Source of the DNA: Acidocella sp.
GTDB lineage: Bacteria > Pseudomonadota > Alphaproteobacteria > Acetobacterales > Acetobacteraceae
Assembly (NCBI GenBank): GCA_031291755.1
Contig: JARLIK010000011.1
Location: 36,066 to 100,065 of the forward strand
Length of the DNA stretch: 64,000 nucleotides
Direction of reading: 5' to 3'
Of this stretch, positions 40,834 through 49,817 are shown piece after piece; position 1 is the first letter of the stretch; every line of letters starts with the position of its first letter. The notes under the pieces are model-generated. The model was given only the letters and a program-made list of their open reading frames with translations, was not told where the DNA came from and did no database searches. Position numbers and translations under genes: made by a program.

Positions 40834-42039
40834 TTAGAGATATTGGAACAAATCGAGACTTTGCACACTGGCAAAAGCTTTCATTGCGGCCTGAATGGCA
40901 GTTGAGGTTTCGTCTAGTTGGGTGATGGCCGTAGCTGTATTGGCACCAACGGCGTTTTGCACGGTTGTTTGTAAGGCGGTTTGCTGATTGCTATCACTGG
41001 TCGCGGCATTGTTAACCGCCTGCAAAGTGACGCCATTTTGTGCCTGTGCTGTCACGATAGATTGCTGATACTGCGCCAGCGAGGCGAGATTATCATTCAG
41101 CGCCGTGCGGGTTTGTGCCGCTTGCGCCGGCGTGCTGGCGATATTGGCCATTTCGGAATAGATATTCTGCAATAAGGCAAATGAAGATTGCGGACGGCTC
41201 GGTGAGATGGTGAAGCTATCCCCCGCGGCGGGTGTTCCGTTTATCTGGAAATTCAAGCCTGATATTTGTATTGAACTCCCCGCCGTGACAGCGCCGGTGG
41301 CAATCGCGCTGCCGGATTGGCTGGCGGTATAGCTTAGGCCATTGGCGCCGTTGGCAATGCTGAATGTGATCGGTGCGCTGCCGGCTTGAAAAGCTGCGGC
41401 AGCATTCGGGTTGGTGACACCTTGCGCGAGCAGCACGCCGGTGCCGGTATTGCCGCTGCTGGCGGCCACGGAGGCAAAGCCATTGCCGGATAAAGCTGAG
41501 GTAAAGGCGTCACCATTGGCAATGGTCGAGACAGATGTATCAGGCGATATGGCAGTTTGGCTCTGCCCGCCATCGCCCACATACACGATGCTACCACTGG
41601 CCCCGGTTTGAAACGGTGGAATACTGCCGCGTGAGCCGCCGAACAGATAAGTGCCGTTGGCGCCGGCGGTATTGCCAAGCCCCACCAGTTGCTGCTGCGC
41701 TGCCTGCACCTGAGTCGCCAGCGATTGTAAATCCTGTGAGTTGGTGGTGCCGTTAAGAACCTGTTCCAACACCGACTGCACGTTATCAAATACAGTCGAC
41801 ACCGATTGGTAAACATTATTGACGCTGCCGAGCTGCGTTTGAATGGTGGCCTGTGTGGTCATGTTAGCAGACAAAGCGTTGATCTGGTCATTGGCCAAAG
41901 TGGCGGCCTGAAATGCGGCGGGATTCTGGTCAGGCGTTTGTACGGTAAGGCCGGTGGAGATTTGCTGTTGAAAAACGCCAAGCTGGGCTTCCTGCGCTGC
42001 CAGCCCACTTGAAAAATTTGTATAGAATGACGACTGCAC
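40834..42039 (-). CDS. flgL: Hook-filament junction protein FlgL
   Basis: QQISTG...PDQNPAA, GTYLFGG..PPF, YVGDGG, C-terminal SLDLFQYL. Confidence 0.92.
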   Translation of the reverse strand: MQSSFYTNFSSGLAAQEAQLGVFQQQISTGLTVQTPDQNPAAFQAATLANDQINALSANMTTQATIQTQLGSVNNVYQSVSTVFDNVQSVLEQVLNGTTNSQDLQSLATQVQAAQQQLVGLGNTAGANGTYLFGGSRGSIPPFQTGASGSIVYVGDGGQSQTAISPDTSVSTIANGDAFTSALSGNGFASVAASSGNTGTGVLLAQGVTNPNAAAAFQAGSAPITFSIANGANGLSYTASQSGSAIATGAVTAGSSIQISGLNFQINGTPAAGDSFTISPSRPQSSFALLQNIYSEMANIASTPAQAAQTRTALNDNLASLAQYQQSIVTAQAQNGVTLQAVNNAATSDSNQQTALQTTVQNAVGANTATAITQLDETSTAIQAAMKAFASVQSLDLFQYL

Positions 42040-42071
42040 GATATCTCCTTCCCGCGCGGCGACGCCGCCCG

Positions 42072-42100
42072 CATCGTCAGTTTAAGGCGTAAAACTTTCC
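42072..42100 (-). promoter_or_regulatory. Candidate sigma-28-like promoter of flgL
   Basis: GGAAAGTTTT-ACGCCTTAAACT-GACGATG; similar to the fliC upstream motif. Confidence 0.4.
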
Positions 42101-42137
42101 AATTTATTGCTTTTGCGCGGATACTTATCCGGCAAAT

Positions 42138-42569
42138 TCAGCCGCCCCGGCCGGATTTGCCGAGGTAGTGGCTGGTGAGTTCGCGCTCGTGCCGCCGTTC
42201 CACTTCAGCTTGGGCCTCAAGTGAGGCGTGGCGGACGGATTCATCAAGGCTGCGGCGGCGTTCCTGGATTGCCGCAAGCGTTTGCCAGGCAGCGGCCAGT
42301 AGCGTTGTCATTTGTTGTTCCATCTCGATGATCTGTGTTCCGGCATTTTGCGAGGCCGTGAAAAAATGCCCGGCCAGTTGCGCGGTGCCCGCCAGAACCA
42401 CCCCGCCTTCGCGCCAGCTTTTGGTGAGCCTGGCGCCATAGATGGCAAGTACGCTGCGCTGTTCAGCCATTTGCGCCAGCGCGGCTGTTAGACGGCTGAT
42501 GTCGTTACGAATCTGCGCCTCGCTGGTGGCTGCCAGCAAATCCAATCGGGCGATGGTGCGGGGCTTCAT
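42138..42569 (-). CDS. fliJ: Flagellar export protein FliJ
   Basis: 143-aa coiled coil directly after fliI, C-terminal ERRHERE. Confidence 0.75.
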   Translation of the reverse strand: MKPRTIARLDLLAATSEAQIRNDISRLTAALAQMAEQRSVLAIYGARLTKSWREGGVVLAGTAQLAGHFFTASQNAGTQIIEMEQQMTTLLAAAWQTLAAIQERRRSLDESVRHASLEAQAEVERRHERELTSHYLGKSGRGG

Positions 42570-43903
42570 GCCGGGTCTGCCAAGGCGGCTTGTAATGCCG
42601 CGATGCTGTCTGGCAGCGAAACCGCGTCATCGGCATTTTGCCGTAACAGGCTCTCCAGCAAAGGCCCACGGCGGATCGCCTCATCCAGCAGCAGATCGCG
42701 CCCGGGTGCGTAGGCCCCGAGGTCGATAATATCTTGCTTTTCTGCCCGCCTTACCCAAAGCGACCGGAACCGCGCGGCGCGTTGCAAATGTGCTGGTGTT
42801 ACCAATAAAGGCATAGGCCGGGAGAGCGAAGCGGCGATATCGATCGGCGGATAGATCGCGGCTTGCGCCATCGCACGGGACAGCACGATATGCCCGTCCA
42901 GCACCGAGCGCGCGGTATCGGCAACCGGGTCGCCGACATGGTCATCGCCTTCGACCAGCACGGTATAGATGGCGGTGATCGAGCCTTGCGTTTCGGTGCC
43001 GTTACCGGCCCGCTCGACATAGGCGGCCAGCGCCCCGAACACCGAAGGCGGGTAACCTTTGGTGGCCGGCGGCTCACCCACCGCCAGCCCGATTTCGCGC
43101 AGCGCCATGGCCATCCGGGTGAGCGAATCGATCAATAATAGCACATGGCGTCCCTGGCTGCGCCAAAATTCCGCAATAGCGGCGGCGCGATAGGCGCCAT
43201 GCAAGCGCCCTAATGCCGTGTCATCTGCCGGCGAGGCCACCACCACGCTGCGCGGCTGCGCTGTCCCCAAATGATCCTCGATAAACTCGCGGATCTCGCG
43301 TCCCCGTTCCCCGATCATCCCGACCACCACCACATCGGCCTTGGCGTGCCGTGCCATCATGCCTAGCAAAGTGGTTTTCCCGACACCGCTGCCGGCAAAC
43401 AACCCGATGCGCATGCCCCGCCCCATGGTGGCCAGGGCGTTGATCGCGCTTACCCCTACATCGAACGGTGTATCAATGCGGGCGCGCTGCATGGGGTTGA
43501 TCGGCACTCCGAGCAGCGGCCAGGGCTGGTTTACCTCCGGGCTTGGCCTGCCATCCAGCGGGTTGCCACGGCTATCAAGCACCCGGCCCAGCAACGCAGC
43601 ACCCATCAGCGGCGCTGGCGTGGAGCTTTCAACATGCACCCGTGCCCCCCGGATGATACCGCGTGTACCCTGTTCAGCCATCACCAGCAGCGCACCGGCT
43701 TCAAACCCCACCACATCGCCGCTGGCCAGGCCTTCACTGGTTTCAATGATCAATCGCGAGCCGATGGGCGCGCGTAACCCGCTGGCATGCAGCACATCGC
43801 CATGCGAGCGGATAATCTGGCCGTACCGGCATACCGGGTCGCGCCCCAGCGCCTCGCGGACGCGCTCGGCGGTCAGTTCACGCACATGTTCGATGGTGAT
43901 CAA
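42566..43903 (-). CDS. fliI: Flagellar export ATPase FliI
   Basis: Walker A AGSGVGKT, IGERGRE, DSLTR, GEPPATKGYPPS, LDGHIVLSR. Confidence 0.96.
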   Translation of the reverse strand: MITIEHVRELTAERVREALGRDPVCRYGQIIRSHGDVLHASGLRAPIGSRLIIETSEGLASGDVVGFEAGALLVMAEQGTRGIIRGARVHVESSTPAPLMGAALLGRVLDSRGNPLDGRPSPEVNQPWPLLGVPINPMQRARIDTPFDVGVSAINALATMGRGMRIGLFAGSGVGKTTLLGMMARHAKADVVVVGMIGERGREIREFIEDHLGTAQPRSVVVASPADDTALGRLHGAYRAAAIAEFWRSQGRHVLLLIDSLTRMAMALREIGLAVGEPPATKGYPPSVFGALAAYVERAGNGTETQGSITAIYTVLVEGDDHVGDPVADTARSVLDGHIVLSRAMAQAAIYPPIDIAASLSRPMPLLVTPAHLQRAARFRSLWVRRAEKQDIIDLGAYAPGRDLLLDEAIRRGPLLESLLRQNADDAVSLPDSIAALQAALADPA

Positions 43904-44559
43904 GCTGGTGGTGCCTTATTGAATGCCAGCGCCGCCTTAATGGTTTCAATCCGGGCTTCGATCGTGGCGTCCCAGGTGATTTTGTCCGATGCTTCAGCAC
44001 CGGGCGCAAAAATTTCCAGCAAGGCGCCACCGCGGCTGATCTTCGGATCGGCAAGTAGATTTACATTTTCAATGTCAGCCACACTGATGATGGCCGCATG
44101 ATCAGCCGGATTGAGGCGCACCAGAATGCTTTGGCCAGGACGGCGCTCCGCCGCCGCTTCCTGTACCAGTTCTACCACCAGTTTTTTCAGGCCGGCCGCA
44201 CTCGCGGTCACCTCACTGCCGATGATATGGCGGGCCAGTTCAAACGCGAGATCGGTGACCAGTTCGGCCAAATCCTGCTCCTTCTTTGCCAGCGGCGCAT
44301 CTAATTGCGCCCAGGCGTCCCGCAACGCCAAGGCTGCGGATTGCAAGGCGCTTTTGGTTTCGTCCTCTCCCGCTTTGCGGCCTTCGGCCAGCCCGGCTTC
44401 GCGGCCGTCCATCTCAGCCCGCGTTCGTAATTTGGTAATTTCACGCTGAACCAGCGCCGCGATTTCCTCGTCGCGTTCCACCGCCGCCGCTTCGTCCCGT
44501 ACTGGTTCCAGCTCAGCAGGGTTCGATTTGGCGTGCTTTGATACAATGATAAAACTCAC
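43900..44559 (-). CDS. fliH: Flagellar assembly protein FliH
   Basis: GxxxG repeats (GREAGLAEGRKAG), VRLNPAD, ADPKISRGG; upstream of fliI. Confidence 0.85.
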   Translation of the reverse strand: MSFIIVSKHAKSNPAELEPVRDEAAAVERDEEIAALVQREITKLRTRAEMDGREAGLAEGRKAGEDETKSALQSAALALRDAWAQLDAPLAKKEQDLAELVTDLAFELARHIIGSEVTASAAGLKKLVVELVQEAAAERRPGQSILVRLNPADHAAIISVADIENVNLLADPKISRGGALLEIFAPGAEASDKITWDATIEARIETIKAALAFNKAPPA

Positions 44560-44864
44560 GAACCTGCCTGACCGTTTCGGCTGTTTTTAAGTTGTTGCCG
44601 CGTGAATGCCATCGTAATGCGGCTGAGCGGTCCGGCCAAGATCCATATGGATTTTGCCAAGAGAGCCACTGTAACCGCGGTCAACATCCAGATGCCGATA
44701 TTGGCCGGACTGAAATTCGGTGGTTCATGCACCGAAGCCCAGAGTAGCACGACGGCAGCCTGCAACAGGCCAGGTTTAAACCACATGCCGCGCCCGCTCT
44801 TGCCGGATTTATGCCCGTTTTTTTGTGGCTGCACTGGCTCACCATCTGGTTGATGCCGGGTCAT
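44556..44864 (-). CDS. Hypothetical 2-TM membrane protein
   Basis: Overlaps motB and fliH by 4 nt each; two hydrophobic segments. Confidence 0.6.
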   Translation of the reverse strand: MTRHQPDGEPVQPQKNGHKSGKSGRGMWFKPGLLQAAVVLLWASVHEPPNFSPANIGIWMLTAVTVALLAKSIWILAGPLSRITMAFTRQQLKNSRNGQAGS

Positions 44865-45679
44865 TGCGGATCCGGCGCATGAATCACGATGGCCACCCGG
44901 CGGTTTTGGGCACGCCCCTCCGGCGTGCCGTTGCTGGCAATGGGCGCATATTCGCCAAACCCCTGGGCGGAGAGTCTTGTACCATCGACAAATTGATCGA
45001 CAAAAAGCTGCACCACCGTGGCGGCGCGTTCTGCGGAGAGTGACCAGTTGGAGGGGAATTGCAGTGTGTTGATCGGCTGGTCATCAGTGTAGCCTTGGAT
45101 GACAATATTGAAGGAAGGCGGCAATTTCACCAAACTATCGGCGACGCTTTTCAGCAGCGCCTGTGCCTGTGGGATTAGCATCGCTTGACCGGAAGAGAAC
45201 AATACCGAATCATTCAACTGGATGGTCAGTGTCAACGGTTCGCTTTTCATTGAGACCTGATTGCTGGCAGTCAGCGGTTGCAATAAATTGTGCAATTGTG
45301 CCTGCACCTGCTGCAATGCCAGCACTTCCGTCTCCATCTGGTGTGATACCGATTTCGGAATCCGCGACTCATCCTTTGGAGGGGCTACAGTCCTTGGCGC
45401 CGGTGGCGTCGCCGGCTTTGGCGTCGGCATAGCGGATGTCTGATGCGGCATGATACCGCGCCCCGCTGTGGGCTGATTGACGACGGCGATCGGCGTGCCA
45501 TGAAATGCCTGTGTCAGGCTGGCGGCCTCCTCAGCCATTTTATGCTTATCGCGGGTGGAGGAGGCATAGAGTACCACAAACAATGCCAGCAACAATGTTA
45601 GAAGATCAGCATAGCTGATCACCCAGCGCTCATGATTTGGCCGTTTTTTTTCGGGCTTCGATTTGGCCGGAAATTGCAT
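44861..45679 (-). CDS. motB: Flagellar stator MotB (MotD-like)
   Basis: HERWVISYADLLTLLLALFVVLY (essential Asp); OmpA domain GYTD, SNWSLSAERA, NRRV. Confidence 0.93.
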   Translation of the reverse strand: MQFPAKSKPEKKRPNHERWVISYADLLTLLLALFVVLYASSTRDKHKMAEEAASLTQAFHGTPIAVVNQPTAGRGIMPHQTSAMPTPKPATPPAPRTVAPPKDESRIPKSVSHQMETEVLALQQVQAQLHNLLQPLTASNQVSMKSEPLTLTIQLNDSVLFSSGQAMLIPQAQALLKSVADSLVKLPPSFNIVIQGYTDDQPINTLQFPSNWSLSAERAATVVQLFVDQFVDGTRLSAQGFGEYAPIASNGTPEGRAQNRRVAIVIHAPDPQ

Positions 45680-45681
45680 GT

Positions 45682-46488
45682 CTAGGCCGGCTGCTCAGCT
45701 GTTTCGCCGCTGGTCTCGGCCTCAGCCTCTTTTTTCTTGGGCTTTTTGCCTTGGTCAGCCAGCAGGCTCTGCAAATTTTGCCGGATCAGGATGCCGGGTT
45801 TGCCTTCGGCCAGCAGCACGAAGCCTTGAATAATAATCTCGCGTTCGCGCGCCCGCGCCTCGGCCAAAGCGGCAAAGCGGGTGCCCAGTGGCAGAAAGAT
45901 CAGATTGGCCGCGCCCACGCCGTAAATGGTGGCAACAAAGGCGGTGGCCACACCTTCGCCCAGTTCTTCCGGATGATCGAGGCGCATCATCACATGGATC
46001 AACCCCAGCACCGCCCCCATCACCCCGATGGTGGGCGTATAACCGCCGGCGGCTTCCCATACTTCACCGGCGATCATATCCTCATGCTCGGCGTTGCCGG
46101 CGATGGCGGAAAGCACCGGGTGCAAATCCTCGACGCTGGTATTGTCGATGATGAGTTGTAAACCCTTGCGTAAAAATGCGTCGGTCACGCTGGCCATTTC
46201 ACCTTCCAGCGCCAGGGTGCCCTGGCTGCGCGCCAGATTGGACCAGCCGGCAATTTTCTCAATGATTTCCGCCATGTCAGTTTTCGGTGGCTTGAGCAGC
46301 CATTTTATCCCTTTCAGCCCGGTGATCACATCGCCAAAGCCGAACTGCGTGAGAATGGCAGCAAACGTGCCGCCGAAGACGATGATGGTAGCTGTCAGGC
46401 TGACCAGCGCCGAAAGTGGATCGCCATCCGACAGGCTGCCCAGAATCACCACGGCAAAGGCGGCGAGGATGCCCAATATTCCCGACAT
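45682..46488 (-). CDS. motA: Flagellar stator MotA (MotC-like)
   Basis: ARSQGTLALE, FLRKGLQL, GGYTPTIGVMGAVLGLIHVM, AFVATIYGVGAAN. Confidence 0.93.
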   Translation of the reverse strand: MSGILGILAAFAVVILGSLSDGDPLSALVSLTATIIVFGGTFAAILTQFGFGDVITGLKGIKWLLKPPKTDMAEIIEKIAGWSNLARSQGTLALEGEMASVTDAFLRKGLQLIIDNTSVEDLHPVLSAIAGNAEHEDMIAGEVWEAAGGYTPTIGVMGAVLGLIHVMMRLDHPEELGEGVATAFVATIYGVGAANLIFLPLGTRFAALAEARAREREIIIQGFVLLAEGKPGILIRQNLQSLLADQGKKPKKKEAEAETSGETAEQPA

Positions 46489-47048
46489 TAAACGGTTTCT
46501 CCATTGAATTGGGGTGTCAGATATACCGCCAGACTGGTTAAGGCCCGCTTACGAACCCGCGATGCATAGCCCTCACTGATACCAAGAATGGCGGCGATCT
46601 CACGGTTGTTCATTTCCTCATAGAAATGCAATGTCAGCACCCGGTATTCGAGCGGCGGCAGAGATTGCAAAGCCACAATTAAAGCCGCGCGGCTATCGGC
46701 CCGTAACAGATGGCTGAGAGGGTCTTCCCGTGCCGTACCGTTATGAAAATTAGAACTGTCAACCAGCTCTGTATCGAGTTGACACTCGCCGCGGCGCCGC
46801 ATGCCATCGCGCCGCAGACTGTCGATCATGGCGCCGCGAATCCGCCTGGCCGCGAAGGCCGCAAATTCAACGCCATGGGACGTATCATAGCGTTTCAGGG
46901 CTTCCAGCATACCGATCGCGCCCGATTGCAAAAGCTCATCGAGATCTGCCCAGGGCATTCGGACTTTCAAATAGAGCGCGGTACGCTTGATCCATCCACC
47001 ATATAAGGTGCGTAAATCCTCGTTCAGTTGCAGGCTGAGTTCACTCAT
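46488..47048 (-). CDS. fliA: Flagellar sigma-28 FliA, short (about 186 aa)
   Basis: DELLQSGAIGM, RRIRGAMIDSLR (region 2), VLTLHFYEEMNNREIAAILGISE (region 4); ATG overlaps the flhA stop. Confidence 0.85.
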   Translation of the reverse strand: MSELSLQLNEDLRTLYGGWIKRTALYLKVRMPWADLDELLQSGAIGMLEALKRYDTSHGVEFAAFAARRIRGAMIDSLRRDGMRRRGECQLDTELVDSSNFHNGTAREDPLSHLLRADSRAALIVALQSLPPLEYRVLTLHFYEEMNNREIAAILGISEGYASRVRKRALTSLAVYLTPQFNGETV

Positions 47049-49131
47049 GCTCCTGCCCGGGTGCTGCGGTTTGCACGACTTGCAGCGGCATGCTGTCCGG
47101 TATTTCTTCAAGTGCAATCACGGGGATAATGCTGCCCACCGTTCTTGCCACAGCCCGGCGCAACGCACCTTGCACCACCAATACTGGCTTTTGCCCACGG
47201 CTCTGCATCGCGCGGGCAGCAATTTCCGCCGCAGCCCGCAAATGTCCTGCGGTCTCAGCTTCAATCTCTTGCCCAATTCCGGCCTCGCGCCCAGTTCGCA
47301 GTGATTTCGCGATCAGTTCTTCAAGCTGTTGGGGTAAAACAGCAACTTTTAAAACGGTATCGCTGCCGGCAAATTGCGTGACGATGAATCGTCCCAACCG
47401 GAGACGCACGGCCGCCAGCAAACGGTCAAATTCTTTGGTCGGCCCGTCAGCCGCTTCAACCATGGCTTCTGCGATGCGCTCAAAATCACGGATCGGCACT
47501 TCTTCGGCAAGCAGCGCTTGCAGCACCTGACGAATCAACCCCATGGACAGATTGCTGCGTACATCCTCCGCCAACCGCGGCGTGGTTTCAGCGAGTTTTG
47601 ACATCAGCCCTTCTACCTGCGGGCGGCCCAGTAATTCAGCGCCATTTTTCTTCAACAGTTCAGCGAAGTGGGTGGCGATGGCGCTGGGTGCGTCCACCAC
47701 CGTATAGCCGTATTCTTCTGCTTTCGGAATGATATTTTGGGCAATCCAGATGGCCGGCTGGCCGAAGGCCGGGTCGCGCACTACGCGCCCGACGGTCAGC
47801 CTTTCCACAACCAGCGGGCCTTCAATGGCAAGCCATTGACCCGGCCAAACCTCTCCGCCGCCAATCGCCGCCCCACGCAATGTGAAGCGGTACCCATGAG
47901 CGGGCAATTCACTGCTGTCGCGGATATGCACAGCGGGCACTAGAAACCCCATGGCGCGTCCATAGCGTTGCCGCACAGCGGTAAGGCGGTTCAGCATGCG
48001 GCCTTCGCCCTGTGCCACCAACGGGGTGAGCGCGAAGCCGATGCTCAGGCCCAACGGGTCGATCCCGGTGACATCAGTGAGCGTATCGGCTTTGACTTCC
48101 AGCGGCGCGGTTGCGGCGTTGCCCTGTGCCGATTGTGTTTCTACATCTTTCATTTTGCGGGTCAGTTTCCATGCGGCAACGCCCAGCAGTAGTGCGAACA
48201 GTAAAAACGGAATATGTGCCATTTGTGGCACCAGCCCGATGGCGCCCATGATGGCCGCTGCAATCGCCAACGCCTGCGGATAGCGGCTCAACTGGGTTTT
48301 GATCTGTTCGCCGATATCCTCCCCGGTTGAGACCCGCGTCACGATCAATCCTGCGGCTACTGAGATGGTGAGAGACGGAATTTGCGCTGCCAGCCCATCC
48401 CCTACAGTCAGCAGCGTATAGGTCCGCGCCGCATCCGCCAGTGGCAGGCCGTCCTGCAATGTTCCAACGATCAGCCCGCCCAGCATATTGATGACCAGAA
48501 TAATCATCGCGGCCACCACGTCGCCCCGCACGAATTTCGAGGCACCATCCATCGCACCAAAAAAATCTGCTTCACGCCTTAGAACTTCGCGCCGCCGCTC
48601 GGCTGCCTGTGGGCTGAGGATGCCGGCATTGATCTCCGCATCAATGGCCATCTGGCGGCCTGGTAAACTATCGAGCATGAAGCGCGCGCTGACCTCCGCC
48701 ACCCGGCTGGCGCCGCGCGTCACCACCACAAAATTGATGATGATGAGGATAAGAAAAATGATGCCGCCAACTACATAATTGCCGCCCACCGCAAATTGCC
48801 CGAAGGATTCAATCACGTCGCCGGCAGCGCCGGGCCCTGTATAGCCGTTAAGCAAAATCGCCCGTGCGGTGGCCACGTTCAGCGCCAGGCGCATCATGGT
48901 GGTGGCCAGCAGGACCGAGGGAAACGACGAGAACTCCGAGGGGGAGGGGACGTAAAGGCTGGCGGCTAGAATCACCAGCCCCGCTGATATGTTCAAGGCG
49001 AATAAAAATGAAATGGCGGTTGGCGGCAGTGGCACGACGAGCATCACCAGCACCAGCATGATCACAATGGGGCCAGAAAGCTGGGAGGCGTTAAATCCTC
49101 CGAGGCGCGGCAGCGTAACGGCGTCAGCCAT
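47041..49131 (-). CDS. flhA: Flagellar export gate FlhA
   Basis: RVAEVSARFMLDSLPGRQMAIDA, FFGAMDGASKFVRGD, LTVGDGLAAQIP. Confidence 0.96.
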   Translation of the reverse strand: MADAVTLPRLGGFNASQLSGPIVIMLVLVMLVVPLPPTAISFLFALNISAGLVILAASLYVPSPSEFSSFPSVLLATTMMRLALNVATARAILLNGYTGPGAAGDVIESFGQFAVGGNYVVGGIIFLILIIINFVVVTRGASRVAEVSARFMLDSLPGRQMAIDAEINAGILSPQAAERRREVLRREADFFGAMDGASKFVRGDVVAAMIILVINMLGGLIVGTLQDGLPLADAARTYTLLTVGDGLAAQIPSLTISVAAGLIVTRVSTGEDIGEQIKTQLSRYPQALAIAAAIMGAIGLVPQMAHIPFLLFALLLGVAAWKLTRKMKDVETQSAQGNAATAPLEVKADTLTDVTGIDPLGLSIGFALTPLVAQGEGRMLNRLTAVRQRYGRAMGFLVPAVHIRDSSELPAHGYRFTLRGAAIGGGEVWPGQWLAIEGPLVVERLTVGRVVRDPAFGQPAIWIAQNIIPKAEEYGYTVVDAPSAIATHFAELLKKNGAELLGRPQVEGLMSKLAETTPRLAEDVRSNLSMGLIRQVLQALLAEEVPIRDFERIAEAMVEAADGPTKEFDRLLAAVRLRLGRFIVTQFAGSDTVLKVAVLPQQLEELIAKSLRTGREAGIGQEIEAETAGHLRAAAEIAARAMQSRGQKPVLVVQGALRRAVARTVGSIIPVIALEEIPDSMPLQVVQTAAPGQEHE

Positions 49132-49387
49132 GCAGCAGACCCGGAATGGCGGAGAATAATCGGGTGGTAAATGTCTCAACGCCGCGCATGATCAGCGGCC
49201 CGGCAGTGCTGGTGAGTACTGCCAGCCCGGCCATTTTGAGTACGAATGGTATAGATGCTTCGCGGATTTGAGTGGCAGTTTGCAAGATACCTGCTGCCAG
49301 CCCAATTACAAGCATCATGATCAGCACTGGGCCGGCAAGTTCGGCGAATGCCAGCCAGGCTCCCAGGCTTACCTCATGGCTGGTCAT
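49124..49387 (-). CDS. fliQ: Flagellar export protein FliQ
   Basis: GLAAGILQTATQIREASIPFVLK. Confidence 0.92.
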   Translation of the reverse strand: MTSHEVSLGAWLAFAELAGPVLIMMLVIGLAAGILQTATQIREASIPFVLKMAGLAVLTSTAGPLIMRGVETFTTRLFSAIPGLLHG

Positions 49388-49743
49388 GGTTGCTCATCCG
49401 CGGATTGCGACCTCTCGTCGGCCAGCGCGGTTATGCGCACCCCATATTGATCCTTGCCCGCCGCCACCACTTCGCCTATACCTAGCCGCTGGCCATTGGC
49501 AAATACGCCCAGCGGTTCGCCGATAATCTGGTCAAGTGCCAACACCTGCCCCTGCCGCAAACTTCGCAAATCTTTCAACGTGATGATGGTACGGCCCAGC
49601 TCAACAGTCAGCAGCAGTGGGATATTTTCCATCACGGATTTTAAAGCAACTGGTGAGCCCGCTGGTCGGCCTTCTGGCAAAATTTCAAGTTCCACACGCT
49701 CACTTTCCGGCTCCTGAAATTGTTTGGTTTTTTGCTTCTGCAT
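49384..49743 (-). CDS. fliN: Flagellar C-ring protein FliN
   Basis: IPLLLTVELGRT, GEPL..ANG..G.GEVV, YGVRIT SpoA domain. Confidence 0.9.
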   Translation of the reverse strand: MQKQKTKQFQEPESERVELEILPEGRPAGSPVALKSVMENIPLLLTVELGRTIITLKDLRSLRQGQVLALDQIIGEPLGVFANGQRLGIGEVVAAGKDQYGVRITALADERSQSADEQP

Positions 49744-49817
49744 CAGATAATCTTTCGAAACATAGGTGAAACCAAAACTAGTTGTGCATCAAAAGGCGGT
49801 GGTCGTGAGGAAGTAGC

